NCBI GenBank assembly: GCA_054661495.1
Contig: BAAFSQ010000008.1
Span: 1-32,000 of the forward strand
Source: Zygophlyctis sp. KS116
Lineage: Eukaryota; Fungi; Chytridiomycota
Length of the DNA: 32,000 nucleotides
Direction of reading: 5' to 3'
In this document: positions 1-11,669 of the stretch, one piece after another
Position numbering within the stretch: the first letter of the stretch is position 1
How the letters are laid out: every line of letters starts with the position of its first letter
Made by a program: the position numbers and the translations under genes
Notes under the pieces: model-generated
Databases searched by the model: none
What the model was told of the DNA's origin: nothing
The model's input: the letters and a program-made list of their open reading frames with translations, nothing else

Positions 1-112
1 GAAAAGTAACTTCAGACAGTGCAGTCTATTACTTTAATGTTTACACTAGAGAAACTAAATGGGCCTTGTAATAAAAATTCCCGTATCCGAGTCATACGTC
101 ATATAGTATTAA

Positions 113-2149
113 ATGGCTTCTGATAATGAGAGCGAAGATCCTCCCACAGAGAAGAAGATCAAGGGAGGCAAGAAGAAGGGAAAGAAGGAGAAGAAAAAGA
201 AGGGCAAAAAGTCAAAGATCCCAAAAGGATTTGTTACAAATTCAAAGGGGGAATTAGTTTCTGGCAATGAATTTGTTCTACAGTCTGCGTACTTTATTTA
301 ATGTAATATTAGATTGGATGCTACTCAAGGATCATTGTCTCAATTGAGAGAGCGAATGAATTTAATGTATGTCCGATTATCTATCAGAATAGCGATAGAG
401 TCATGTTTTAATACTAACTGACAGGATTCAATCAAATCAAGAACTTCAAGAGTCGTTTGTTCAGCAAGAGAAAGATTCGGTATTTTTGAATTTTTATTAA
501 ATGGAAGCTAGAAGTAATCGCCGCATTACAGGCAGAAAATGAGATAAAGAATGGGGAAATCAGAAAACTAGGAGTTCAGATTGAAGAGCTCAAGAAAAGT
601 TTTAATATAAAAGAATCAGAACTCAAGGAAAATAATGAAAAAAAGATTCAAGGTACTCTCTTAAATTATCTAATAAGTAGATATGAAAGCGATCGTTGCG
701 GAAAAAGATGCTGCATTTAAAGTCATACAGCAGGAACTTGTTGTTATTAAAGATTTTAGAGTATTTTTAACTATATTTAAAACTAGAAAAAGCGGCATGA
801 TTTAATGAAAGAGCTGGAAAATCAAAAATTAGAGTTAGTAGAGACAGATAAAAGGCATCAGGAAACGATAAGCAAACTGGAAAGAAAATTCTTTGAAGAT
901 AAAATAAGACTACAAAAAGAAGCAAATAGAAAAATTAGCGAATTAGCGGCGAATGCACATAAAGTAAACATGGATAGTTTAAATAATCTAGGAGGCTGTA
1001 ATGAATTTAGAAGAAACTTCAAAAGATGTTTTCAAAGAAAATCAGAGAATGTCAGAAGCTTTGCGATATCATGTTATTGAAGGGGACGAGCTAAATAGGA
1101 CCAATTCTCAGTTGTCACAAACAAATAGGCAGTTATCTGATGAAAAAGAAATTCATAATGTCGTTGTCAAAGAAAAAATAATTCAATGCAAGCAACAATC
1201 ACAAACTGTAATAAAAAAATTGCAAACTAAAATTTAGATACGGTCACTAAACATTAAAATAAGAAATATGGAGCATTCTTTATCGCATGTTGTCCGGGAA
1301 TTCGAATATGAACGAGAAATCATTGGAAATCTCGCAAAAAAAGAGCTGCAGGAAGTCAGAGAGGTGGCGAAAAAGTTAAGAAAGCGGCTTGAGAGAAAAA
1401 CACAAGAAATGCAACATATCCGAGTAAGCCCAAGCTTTTAAATTTTAGAGACTTGCCCAACATATTTTGGATCAAAGAACCGATTTGGAACAATATTTCA
1501 TGGATGCTTTAGATGAAGTTAAACAAGAAATCCAAAAGAAGAATATTACAAAAAGGCGACAAGCAGAAGCAGAATACAATCGGAGAATGAGGCAGGTAAG
1601 CTATTTTGGATTAAACTTTAGGCTATATTTTCAAAAAATAAACCGATACCTCCGGTTAAGTCTTTCCGCAACAATGGAAACCAAAGGGCTATCAGTTTAG
1701 AAACGGAATTTGTTGAAAATACTGGAGATGATGAAAAAGTTGATATCAAGGATTTTACCTGGGAAGAGAAGGAAAAACTTTTGCGGGTCTTGTTCGCTAA
1801 AATGAATGGATTAGCAATTGTACAGAGTTATCAATCTTTAGGACCTGGAGAAGGGGGTACAGCAAATGGAGAAATTCGCTCATATCGTGGTGCAGAATAT
1901 CCTATGGGTCCATCAGCCTTTTCAGGATCCTTGGCAAATCGGGTTGATCGCATTAGTACCATTGATCACGATCAGGATGATTTGGAATGTGATAATAGAG
2001 AAGCAGAAAATGTTTTAGTTTATGAAGATAACAAAACAGAGAATCTCAAGAATACAGAAATGGAACAAAATATATTCACCAATCAAATCTCTGTACCTAT
2101 CATAACCATGGAGGAGGAAGGTGAAGAAAATCAATCCTCTGTTTATTGA
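113..2149 (+). CDS. BBOF1: Basal body-orientation factor 1 (CCDC176-like) coiled-coil protein, about 9 tiny introns
   Basis: Lys-rich N-terminus (KGGKKKGKKEKKK), coiled coil with LERKFFEDKIRLQKEA and C-terminal VDIKDFTWEEKEKLLRVLFAKMNG, as recalled for BBOF1. Track ORFs join in frame via GT-AG introns (e.g. 289-312, 480-507, 761-786). Confidence 0.85.
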
Positions 2150-2197
2150 CACCAAATCAATGCTATTTAATATCATTCATTTTTTCAATGTAATTAT

Positions 2198-5100
2198 TTA
2201 GCTATTGGATTTATTTTCCTGCAATGAAGCCTCCTTGTTTTCCTTCTCCATATCATTTCGCACAACTTTCTCTTCCGCAATTTCCAGCTTGTTCTCCATC
2301 TGTTCAGCCTCTAATACTATCTTTTTAGCCTCCCTTTTCTTTGAGAATTGTAAAATAGATGTCTGATTTTTACGCTTCATCTCTTTCTTTTTAGGTCCTA
2401 ATTCGGTTTCTAATTTAAATTATTATGAACATGATCATACCTTCAGTTTTAGTTTTAGTAGCTATAGCACTTAACAAGCTTTTTCCATTAGAACTTGAAA
2501 CGCCTTTCTTTGGTTTAGAAACAGCGAACGGATTTTGAACCTTGGAAACTTTTTTTGATTTGGATTGTAATGATGTGTCCGGTATTGGAGATCCAGAAAC
2601 TAGTTTATCAAAAAGCCCAAACATACCTTCTGTTAAACTAATATTTGATTCTGTTTCGTTTACTTGAATCATAGATTCTGAGTGATCATCTTCAACAATA
2701 GCTCTGGATAAGGAATCCGTTAGGTTATTAGAAGGCAGACTCAGTTGTTGTGTAGATATATGTTTCTCTAATTCCTCTCGTATGTAATCCTTGATATCTT
2801 CAGTCGAAGGAATAGCATTTTCTTCCACATCCTCTTGATTCAATTTGCGTTCCTTCAGCTGATTTATTTTTTCTGCTAGAGCCGGATAATGATGCTGGGC
2901 AGCAAGTCGAATAGCCCCATCTAATCCTCGAATGCTATTTAGCCCCGAGCAAAAGTCGAGGGCTCTTTGGGACCGCTCAGATGTTACTGCGTTCTGATGG
3001 TTAACCGAGCGCTCTAATAATTACCTGTATCAACAGCAAAGAAGATTTATCCATTTCAATTTCAAGTTTCTTAACTTGCGATTCATCTGCTTCAAACCCA
3101 TTACTTTTTTTCTTTGCAAAAAGTCTTTTCAATCCAGAATTCACCAATCTTACATTTAAATTATCATGCACTTACTTTTCTTCCAAGCCTCCATTCGAAG
3201 TATCAAGTTGCAAAAGAGGAATTTGAAGGGGGAAATTGAAAAGTATTGGCTTCGGAAAAACTGGGTATTTTTGTATTCCTTTGCAGATCACACAGATAAT
3301 TTCATCTAATTTTACTCCTACAGGCCAGTATGTCTCCTGCCTATCTTTATTTTGAGATGAAGACAGAAATATAGGTATCCATGCGAATTGTTCATAGATG
3401 TTCATCATTCGCAAGATTCCCCTCGAGTCAAAAGTTACAGGAGCCTTGCAATCAATTTGAAATATCTTACACCGTACTCAGAAAATCCTACCCAGGTTAA
3501 AAATGCGCCTTGAGATAAAGGAAGTCTTTCAGTGATTAAAATTTCTCTGGTTTCCACATCCATTAGAAAATAAGATAAGCATGGATTATCTAAAATTAGT
3601 AAAGAGTGAATTACTATGGTAAGGAGCACCCGATTCATACACTACAAACAAATGCCGCGTAGACCCTACCATGGTAATAATAGGACCATTGAGGCACTTG
3701 ATTAATGTTTGAATACCCGAAAAAGTAAAGAATCGAAGAAAATACATATCTGTAGCAATTACAGGCCCTTTCCCGGTGATCGCCAGTCCTGATATTCAGC
3801 AATTTTTTAATTCATACCTTTTGCACTTTCTTCCTGGCCAAGTTGAATAGACCAATCTGACTTTGAAGACCAGCCATCAAAAGGTTTGAAGAATACGGTG
3901 CTAGGATTAGTTTCCGTAGCCTCGCTTGAAAAAAGGGCGCCAGATTCCGCTAAGCAAGCGCGATCATAATTGTTATGATCTTGAAAATGAAACGGACGCT
4001 GAGATCTATCATGAAATTCAACACTAACGTTTGAATGTGTATGGCTGTCAATAGTGTATATAATTCCTTGATCAGTAAATGCCAAGTAACGACGATTCCC
4101 CTGCATCGGAGTAGATCCCGGCTGAAACGATTCTTGAAGAGGTTCGATATTTTCTAGATACCGAGCTGTTTCCTGAATTGACTCCCTATCATCCACGAGC
4201 TTATTATCTGATTTTAAGAGTATTTATGTACCTCTATACAATTCTTTTATAGCCCGCTTTTTACCATCTTCGTAATACTTTTTTAAATCGTGTGACTTTT
4301 CAATATCTAAAGCATAGCCGGCGCCATCATCATCATCGATAAAATTGTCAATGCTCCCACAGAGAGAATCATCCATTGACTCATCTTAAATTATAAAACT
4401 ATACAATACCATCCATATCCTCATCGGCCTCAACGTCCAAATACGATGGAGCATTTGGTTTCTCTGTAGAATCACTTGTTCCAGAAACGCTAAGGGGATT
4501 CTCCCAATAAAGCAATCGACCCTGATCATCTGCCTATTTGGATTATCAAAAAATCTAATACCAAACAGATTGAATTTGAGTTTGGAATCCATAAAACGCT
4601 ACATATCTTACATGTATGAGTTTCACTAAACCTTATATAAATTATTTTACATAGAAATTGGTTTTTTTGTCCCCTTTGAGACTTTCCATACACATATGAT
4701 ATTATCTGAGCCTACAGAGACCAAGTGCGAACCATCAGAGTTCCAAGCAACCGCGACAATTGGCTAGTACATTAAACTTTTAAGTCTACCTTGACATGAC
4801 CTCCCTTAAGATTACCAAGAACTTTCCATGACAATTTTTGAATCAGTAAAATATCCCCTTTTCTCCCTGGTACGGCAAAAAACTTTCCATTTGGATTCCA
4901 AGCCATTCTAAAAGGCTCCTTATCTTCCACATCAAGAAAATCAATTTCTTTTTCAATGGATTTTATACAGTCTCCTTCATCCCCATTAAACTTCCAGACT
5001 TTTAAAAGCCCATCTGTTCCTGCAGAAATTAGATACTCCCCTTTAGGATCAAAACAAAGCGACTTTATCGGTTTAGCATGGCCCGCTAGAAGAGAAATTT

Positions 5101-5584
5101 TTGTAATATCATACATATTTACATATTTAATAGTGTTCTCCCTAATAAATTAATAAATTAGTTAAGACTCTTACTCTGAAATAACCGCGACGTGCGTTCC
5201 ATTTGGCGAAATAAGAACATCATGCACAGTTACAGTACCTCTAAACAATAGTTTTTCAAATTTATCCATAGAAAAGAGGCATGCTGTAGACTCTTCGCTT
5301 GCCGCAATGATATTTTGATTCTAGATTTACAAATTTAAATCGTACATTCGCATGTATCGAAGTACAAGGCTTCTTAAAGTAACTGATAGATGATGGTTCC
5401 TGAGATGAATCTTGGTCTTTGAGCTGCTCAAAGCCAAAAACCTTGATAATTCCATCGTCCCCACCAGAGATCAATCGTCTAATAATAAACCAATAAATCA
5501 TTACTTCCCATCAGGTGTGCTGCATATCAAAGTATTTCCTGGCTCATGCGCAACAGTCCTTACACATTTAGAAATGAATGACAT
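2198..5584 (-). CDS. CTF4: Ctf4/AND-1/Mcl1 (SepB) replisome WD40 protein, about 14 introns
   Basis: N-terminal WD40 repeats (GHAKPIKSLCFDPKGEYLISAGTDG), acidic linker (DNFIDDDDGAGY), SepB domain (QESFQPGSTPMQGNRRYLAF, VSVEFHD, LTWVGFSEYG, YWPVGV), C-terminal NPFAV. ATG at 5584 inferred by splicing. Confidence 0.9.
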
Positions 5585-5697
5585 ATTGTATTTAACAATT
5601 AATTAATTATCTGCGCAAGAAACTGCGTCGGACTTGGCAAACTATTTTCTACTGATCTGTCTAATCAACATTGGCATTCTGAACCGTATGATTTGAC

Positions 5698-7121
5698 TTA
5701 GCTATCTGAACTATCTGAACTATCACTAAAGATCTCAAAAGAATCTTCTTGAGCCTGGAGCATATCAAAAAAATTTAAAACTGATGCATCTTCAGATAAG
5801 TCTCCTTGCGGCTGATCAACAGGGACGAGATTGCCCTTGATGCGCTCTTGTGTAGAGGATATTACAGTAGGATCACTAAAGGGGAACGGAGAGAATATCC
5901 TAACTAGTTTTTCTACTCCTGCAGTATATATCAATGGTAGATGTGGATGAAATAAAAGAGAGTTAACAATCGATCGATGAGATTTTAGAGTGAATAGTGG
6001 TTTGGGAACTACTTTTATAAAAACTAATATACCTGATTTACAAGGCGGAGATGATTCTCGATAACTTATTCCATGACTAGTATCAAAATTAGCTAGTGGA
6101 TCATCGATACTAGGAATTTTCCAGACATATCCACGGAAATCATCGCTTCCACAACCAAATAATGTACCAGAAGAATCAAAACATCCAGTTTTAAGAGTTG
6201 AAACACTTTTGTATCCATGATATCTAGTAGTAGGACTTGTTAAAAAACACATTGGATCTACATCATCCATGTTATATATTGTAGGATAAAATCCATTTAA
6301 AATAGCACCTATTTTGATTCCATTCGGACTCCAAACAGCAGAAGGAATATCAACAATTCTACCTTGAATTCGCCCTCTAAATAATGATGTAGTAAACGCT
6401 TTTAGAGGGTTACATTCTCGCCCAAAAGCCTTCCGATCATCAAACAATAATATTCCACCATTTTGATCACTTGTAACGAATAAATGCTCAAAAACTGGAT
6501 TAAATTGAACGCAATTCTGGGGTGTAGTCATTTGAATAGCTCCAGCATTTTCACTTAATCTTGAGTCCCATCTCTGAATCGACCCATCTAGAGAAGCTGT
6601 AAGTATTGTTGTATCACAGTGAGGATCTACTGAGAGTTTAGTAACTGCATTTTCGTGATGTAAGTTGATATCTCCAATGACTGAATTCCTAATCATTTTT
6701 CTCAATGCAACATCTGATTCTAAATCATACTGCACCAAATACCCATCATTTCCACAAGAATATAGCATTTGACAATGATAATCAAATTCTATAGAAAATA
6801 TATTAGACAGATGACCTCTAAAAGTTCTTTGGTGATCTAATGCAGTGATGGCCGGTCCAAACGATCTCTTAACCTTTTATTTACGCATTAAAAGAATACC
6901 AAAACTCTGCAATCATCCCCGCCAAATGCTAAAAATGTTCCTGCTCCTTTAGACAAACTGATTGCGTTCACACAACCAAAAGAGCCTCGAATCGCACGGG
7001 AAAAGCTAAACTTTGATCCATGATCCTTGATTGCCAGTTCTAATAGTCTATTGTTTGTATTACAAGATGAAGGCTGTATAGATCTCTTTTCCAGTTCATT
7101 TACTAACCTGTCGTTGTGCAT
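5698..7121 (-). CDS. DCAF5: DDB1-CUL4-associated WD40 protein, DCAF5/WDR22-like
   Basis: FGCVNAISLS..GGDDCRVL, GHLSNIFS, CGSDDFRGYVWKIP, LKSHRSIVNSLLFHPHLPLIYTAGVEKLVRIFSP, D..VLNFFD. One clear intron near 6874-6899 and a probable in-frame intron at 6012-6041. Confidence 0.8.
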
Positions 7122-7207
7122 AAACACCTACCCTCTCACTGTTACTAAAATCCAGACACGTACATAATTATGTAGTTTATTATAAATTAAACAATTGATC
7201 TTGAGAT

Positions 7208-7960
7208 CTATAATGCATTCAAGAATCTCATTGATTTTTGTACATTGACCTGAAGAGTCAACATCTTATTTTTAGTGAGATTCATATCCTGAGAAATAGT
7301 TGCAAATTGTAAGGATGCAGCAATAGCAATTAACATTTGATACGCACATATAGACACTTCATGTACTCTTTCATAAGTTATAGTTGAATCATGCATAATA
7401 ATATTTTGGACCAGTCCGACATGAATCATATCCAACACTTCAACATTTTCCCTTAAGTTTATATACCAAGATTTGAATTCATATTTGGACATGATTTTCT
7501 TAATTTCAGCCCATTTTTCTACAGGATCAGTAGCAGTTAAAGACCCTTGTTTTAGAATTACTAGACATTCACAGACTGTTAAAAGTTCATGTGGTACAAC
7601 TGTATACCAAGATGCTTCTTGAATATGAGTAATTGGTAATTGTTGAAGGAAACCTCTGAAATGATCTAATCTAGGCTTCTTATCATCCACCATCTCCTGA
7701 TAAACCTTTTGAACTGAAATAAATTCAGCATTCAGGAATTGCATTCTTAATTTTGTTCTAAATATTAGAATCTCCTGTGCAATTGCTCCTAAATGACCAT
7801 TGACTGATCTTAATTTCAACAAATCAGCATTCGGCAATTGATTAAAAATAATTAAAAGCAATTCATCAGGCAATCTATTTAATCTGGAAATGCTAGCTTT
7901 GACCAATGTAAGGGATCTGGGAAGAATAGGATCAGTTGAGAATTTATGTATAGCACACAT
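7208..7960 (-). CDS. F-box protein with C-terminal dynein stalk/microtubule-binding-domain-like region (intronless, 250 aa)
   Basis: F-box RLNRLPDELLLIIFNQLPNADLLKLRSVN. The downstream pattern P-L..L..L....I.E......P..L..V.E.L.IL.K ... W.EIKKIM....F ... ITYERVHEVS..A resembles the dynein heavy chain MTBD flanked by coiled coils. Confidence 0.75.
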   Translation of the reverse strand: MCAIHKFSTDPILPRSLTLVKASISRLNRLPDELLLIIFNQLPNADLLKLRSVNGHLGAIAQEILIFRTKLRMQFLNAEFISVQKVYQEMVDDKKPRLDHFRGFLQQLPITHIQEASWYTVVPHELLTVCECLVILKQGSLTATDPVEKWAEIKKIMSKYEFKSWYINLRENVEVLDMIHVGLVQNIIMHDSTITYERVHEVSICAYQMLIAIAASLQFATISQDMNLTKNKMLTLQVNVQKSMRFLNAL

Positions 7961-8176
7961 TTTTTTCTAATTTTAAATCTATTCTAGTCTAAATTAAGCT
8001 ATTAATGCATCAAGACTAAAAATAACACTACAAATGTCTAAAATAGACTAAAAGTAGCAAGAACACGTAAACTACATTAGAGTACTTGTCGTTTCATAAT
8101 CCAAAATTCAAATCTACTCATTGCAAATAATTATCTTGAACTTAATTTATTTCTTGAATTTCTAAACTTGTAAATA

Positions 8177-8614
8177 CTAAAATTTCAACATTCCAAGTGG
8201 AGTATCTTCATCCTCGTATTTTGATGACGTTGCATTCATCATCATATTTAATCGAAGTACTTTCTTCTTACTAGACTTTGTCTTTACATGTCTTGGTTTT
8301 TGCTCGATACCAAAGTAATTATCCATAGAGTTTAGAATCAATGTTTGATCTAATAATGAAGATCTATATCTGAGTTTTTGACAAGATAATTTATAAATGA
8401 GATTTGGATTATCAGGTTCTGGAATGACTGTAATTGCCTTGTAATGGCTATTCTCCTTTTGAAAGATCTTTTTAAGGAATTTAACGATTCTAGTTTGTTG
8501 AGAACCATCTAGTCCAATCACTGGTTCCCTTTTGTATGAATCTGATTCTGGTAAATGAGGCAAGATATGAAAATTAGCATGAACTATAGGAGAACCGGCC
8601 TGACCTTTTTTCAT
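8177..8614 (-). CDS. Small Zds_C-domain-like protein (Zds1-family PP2A-Cdc55 regulator motif)
   Basis: LIYKLSCQKLRYRSSLLDQTLILNSMDNYF matches the recalled Zds C-terminal consensus IYxLSxxKL...RxLxxQxLxxNxMxxY. C-terminal EDEDTPLGML. Intronless 145-aa ORF. Confidence 0.6.
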   Translation of the reverse strand: MKKGQAGSPIVHANFHILPHLPESDSYKREPVIGLDGSQQTRIVKFLKKIFQKENSHYKAITVIPEPDNPNLIYKLSCQKLRYRSSLLDQTLILNSMDNYFGIEQKPRHVKTKSSKKKVLRLNMMMNATSSKYEDEDTPLGMLKF

Positions 8615-8768
8615 TTTTTAGGAATCTATTTTTAGAGTATTCAAGATATAAACAGGTTTGAGATATTTTTAGATTTTTTGGTAAGGATCAGCGTTCTCAA
8701 AGCACATGCAAGCACGCACAAGCACTATAATTTTTTATGGGCAGGTGTAAATTCTAGAGCCTGCAGCC

Positions 8769-10003
8769 ATGGAGGGAGGGGGGCCATGGAACCAGCAAGG
8801 TGTCGGATAGGTCCAAGGGTAATTAGAAATGCCGAAAAGAGATGTTGATGATATGGACTATACTCAAGACTCAGAGGTTGACGAGAAGGGTGAAATGAAG
8901 GTTGATGAAGATGGGGAATTATTACAAGGTAAAAGAATTTATTCAAAGACAAAGGTCGGCAGTACAAGGTGGATGCTTTTAATCTTCCAAGACATCCATC
9001 AAGACTCTATATGCTGACTGTGGACGTTGCAAAAATTCTAGGATTTAAAGATACTCATGTTTTTCTATCAAAGAATCCGTCTTTTACTAAACTGGTGGCA
9101 ACAGATGAAGATAGAGAGGCTCTGGAAGAACAGGATTTAGTACCAAGTCAGCTTAAAAATAAGACAATTTCTATTCTTCCTGCTAGAAATGTTTTCAAAA
9201 AATTTGGACACAAGATTATTAAAAAGGGGAGACCGGTAAGAGATGATTATCTGGTGGGAGATAGAGAGGAAGTTGCTGAAATTTTGGAAAAAAAGATTTC
9301 TGATATTTCTCAATATGGGGATTTTGTGAGAGATTATGTCGAAATTTACAAGGATTTTCCTTATAGGACAAATGATACTCATAGGGCCGATCCTGGTCAT
9401 CTAGAGCCTTTAGATGGTCCAGATGGGCTAAAAAAAGATGAATGGATGTATAGATGTGTTTTATCTGCTGCAGAGTTTAATCGGACAATGGCCATAGGAA
9501 GACCCAAAAGATTTTGGGATCCTCATACAAATATTGAGCATGTACCAAGGTAAAAGTATATATTTTTACTCTAAAGATCAACTCAACCGGCTAGGGCGTT
9601 TGTTCAAACTAATATGGCCTATGATCAGTCAGCTCCAGGAAAAGTCAATGTAAATGTTCATATATCAAGAAAGGAAAATACTAACTGGAAAGAAGTTGAA
9701 TTAAACCAAGATTGTGAAAAATATCCAATTGCAGTGATTCCAGGTCAACGTCAGTATGCATTTTCAGTGTATTTTGTTTTATGTTGAATTTTAGATTTAG
9801 CAAACGATTTGGTGTTCATAAAAAGAAACAAATCCTCCCTCCGGCAGATATTCCTCCAGCACCTGTAGAAGAGTCAGCCTCTAATGGACGTGAGGCAGAT
9901 ATTATTAACCCGGATGCAATGGACGAGTCTTTTGATCTACCGGTGAGAATTTATATGCTAATTATTGTAGAGAAAGAGGGCAAAAGCATCTGAGCAATAT
10001 TAG
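8769..10003 (+). CDS. RSC7: Chromatin-remodelling complex subunit Rsc7/Swp82 (CRC_subunit domain)
   Basis: Spliced DEKGEMKVDEDGELLQGRQYKVDAF..YML..VAKILGFKD..FL.KNP..ARNVFKKFGHKII..G..VRDDY; SAAEFN..R..FWDPHTNIEHVP.STQP. Start is either 8769 (gccATGg, needs a 27-nt intron at 8800-8826) or 8829. Confidence 0.8.
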
Positions 10004-10087
10004 TAATTGTGTAGTCAGCAATTTTGCGGAAATCAATTCGGATATCATGGGAATTTGCTGATTTCTCCGGGGTTGTCGTAAATAAAA

Positions 10088-11550
10088 ATGACGAAATTAA
10101 TATTTGGACTATTATGTTCAGTCTTATCCACTTTTTCTACTGGCTACCATTCTGGAGTGATAAACGCTCCAAGAGCTTCAATGTCTGACTGCTTGGAGCC
10201 AAATGAGAACTGTATTCCAATGAATGACTTACAATGGGGACTTTTTGTATCGCTTTTCGTTATTGGTGGAATATTTGGTAGTTTTGCTGGAGGGCCGATC
10301 ACTAAATTATATGGTAGGACACGAGTTGTAAGATTTCAAATAATTTAGTTTAGCTATTTTGGAATAATTTATTCTTGCTGGCCGGATGCTTGTTGATTTA
10401 TTTTGGGAAAGACATTGTTGCATTGTGCTTTGGTCGTATACTGATTGGTTTTGGTAGCGGGGTTTCAACTGCTATTGTGCCTCTCTATATCTCCGAAATT
10501 TCACCACTGGAACAAAGAGGCATCAATGGATCATTTGTACAGTTGTCTATAGTTTTAGGGATCCTTATTTCAGTAATAATGGGGATACCTTTTTCAAAAC
10601 GTGAATCATGGAGAGAACTATTCGCTATTGCTATTATTCCAATTTTGATGCAAATGATCCTAATTCCTTTTATTGTAGAAAGTCCGCTGTGGCTTGTCAT
10701 GCAAAATGAGCATGATCATGCTAGAGCATCATTGCAGGAAGTTCGCGGTGTCGATGATGTAGAAGAAGAATTACAAGATATTTTTAGAGCATGTGGTATA
10801 TCAACTGCAAGACAAGAAAGCAACATTAGTGTTGACGAAAGTACATCTTTAATACTTTCAGGTAAAAAAACGATTGGTTTTTATGGACTTTGGGAAGATA
10901 AAACACTATGGAGGCCATTGTTAGCCGCTGTTGGTCTTCAAATAATTCAGCAATGTAAGTCATATATTTGCAATATAATATTTAGGCAGCGGAATAAATT
11001 CAGCGATATATTACTCTACAAGCATTTTTAGAAGTAGTTATTCTCCTGAAACTGCTATTAAATTAACCCTCCTGATTTCAATCATCAATTTAGTTGCAAC
11101 AATCATCTCCATGTCCTTAATTGACCGTTATGGTAGAAAATCTCTTCTGCTTTCTGCAGAAACATTGATGGCAATATTTGCTATATTGATACCCATTTTG
11201 GATAATTGGAAAATAGATCCTATATATATCGTTGTATCACTACTGCTCTTTGTTTTTGGATTTGGTCTTGGACTTGGGAGCATTCCTTGGCTCATCGTAC
11301 CAGAGATAATTCCCCTTCATGCACTTGATGTGTCATCATCTATATGTTCGGGAATGAACTGGGCTTTCAACTTCATTTTGGCTTTAGTAATGCCAATTCT
11401 TATCCACGAACGTAATTTGATTATGTACTAATGGTAGTCGGTTACAAAATATTCATCATATTTGCGGTATTTTTAATCTTGTCATCATTATTTACTCATT
11501 TCATGGTTCCAGAGACGACCGCCAGGTTATCTGTTCAGCAACTAGAATAA
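10088..11550 (+). CDS. MFS sugar porter (GLUT-like hexose transporter), 3 introns
   Basis: GYHSGVINAP, GRILIGFGSG, PLYISEISP..RG, ESPLWL, QQCSGINSAIYYS, IDRYGRK, GLGSIPWLIVPEI, VPET. Confidence 0.92.
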
Positions 11551-11669
11551 TACCCACAAGATTGAGATAACTGATAATTCAAGATGGCATGTATCTCAAA
11601 GATTAGTTTTAAAGACGGCACAAGCTTTATTGTATTCTGATCGAAAATTAAATATCTGAATTTCTTGGA

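Noticed and set aside
39-55. RFX X-box-like gtttacactagagaaac upstream of BBOF1
   Set aside because: Poor fit to GTTNCC-N(0-3)-RGYAAC; could arise by chance in AT-rich DNA.
5700-5727. 9-nt tandem repeat ctatctgaa
   Set aside because: It simply encodes the SDSSDSSDS low-complexity tail of the DCAF5-like protein.
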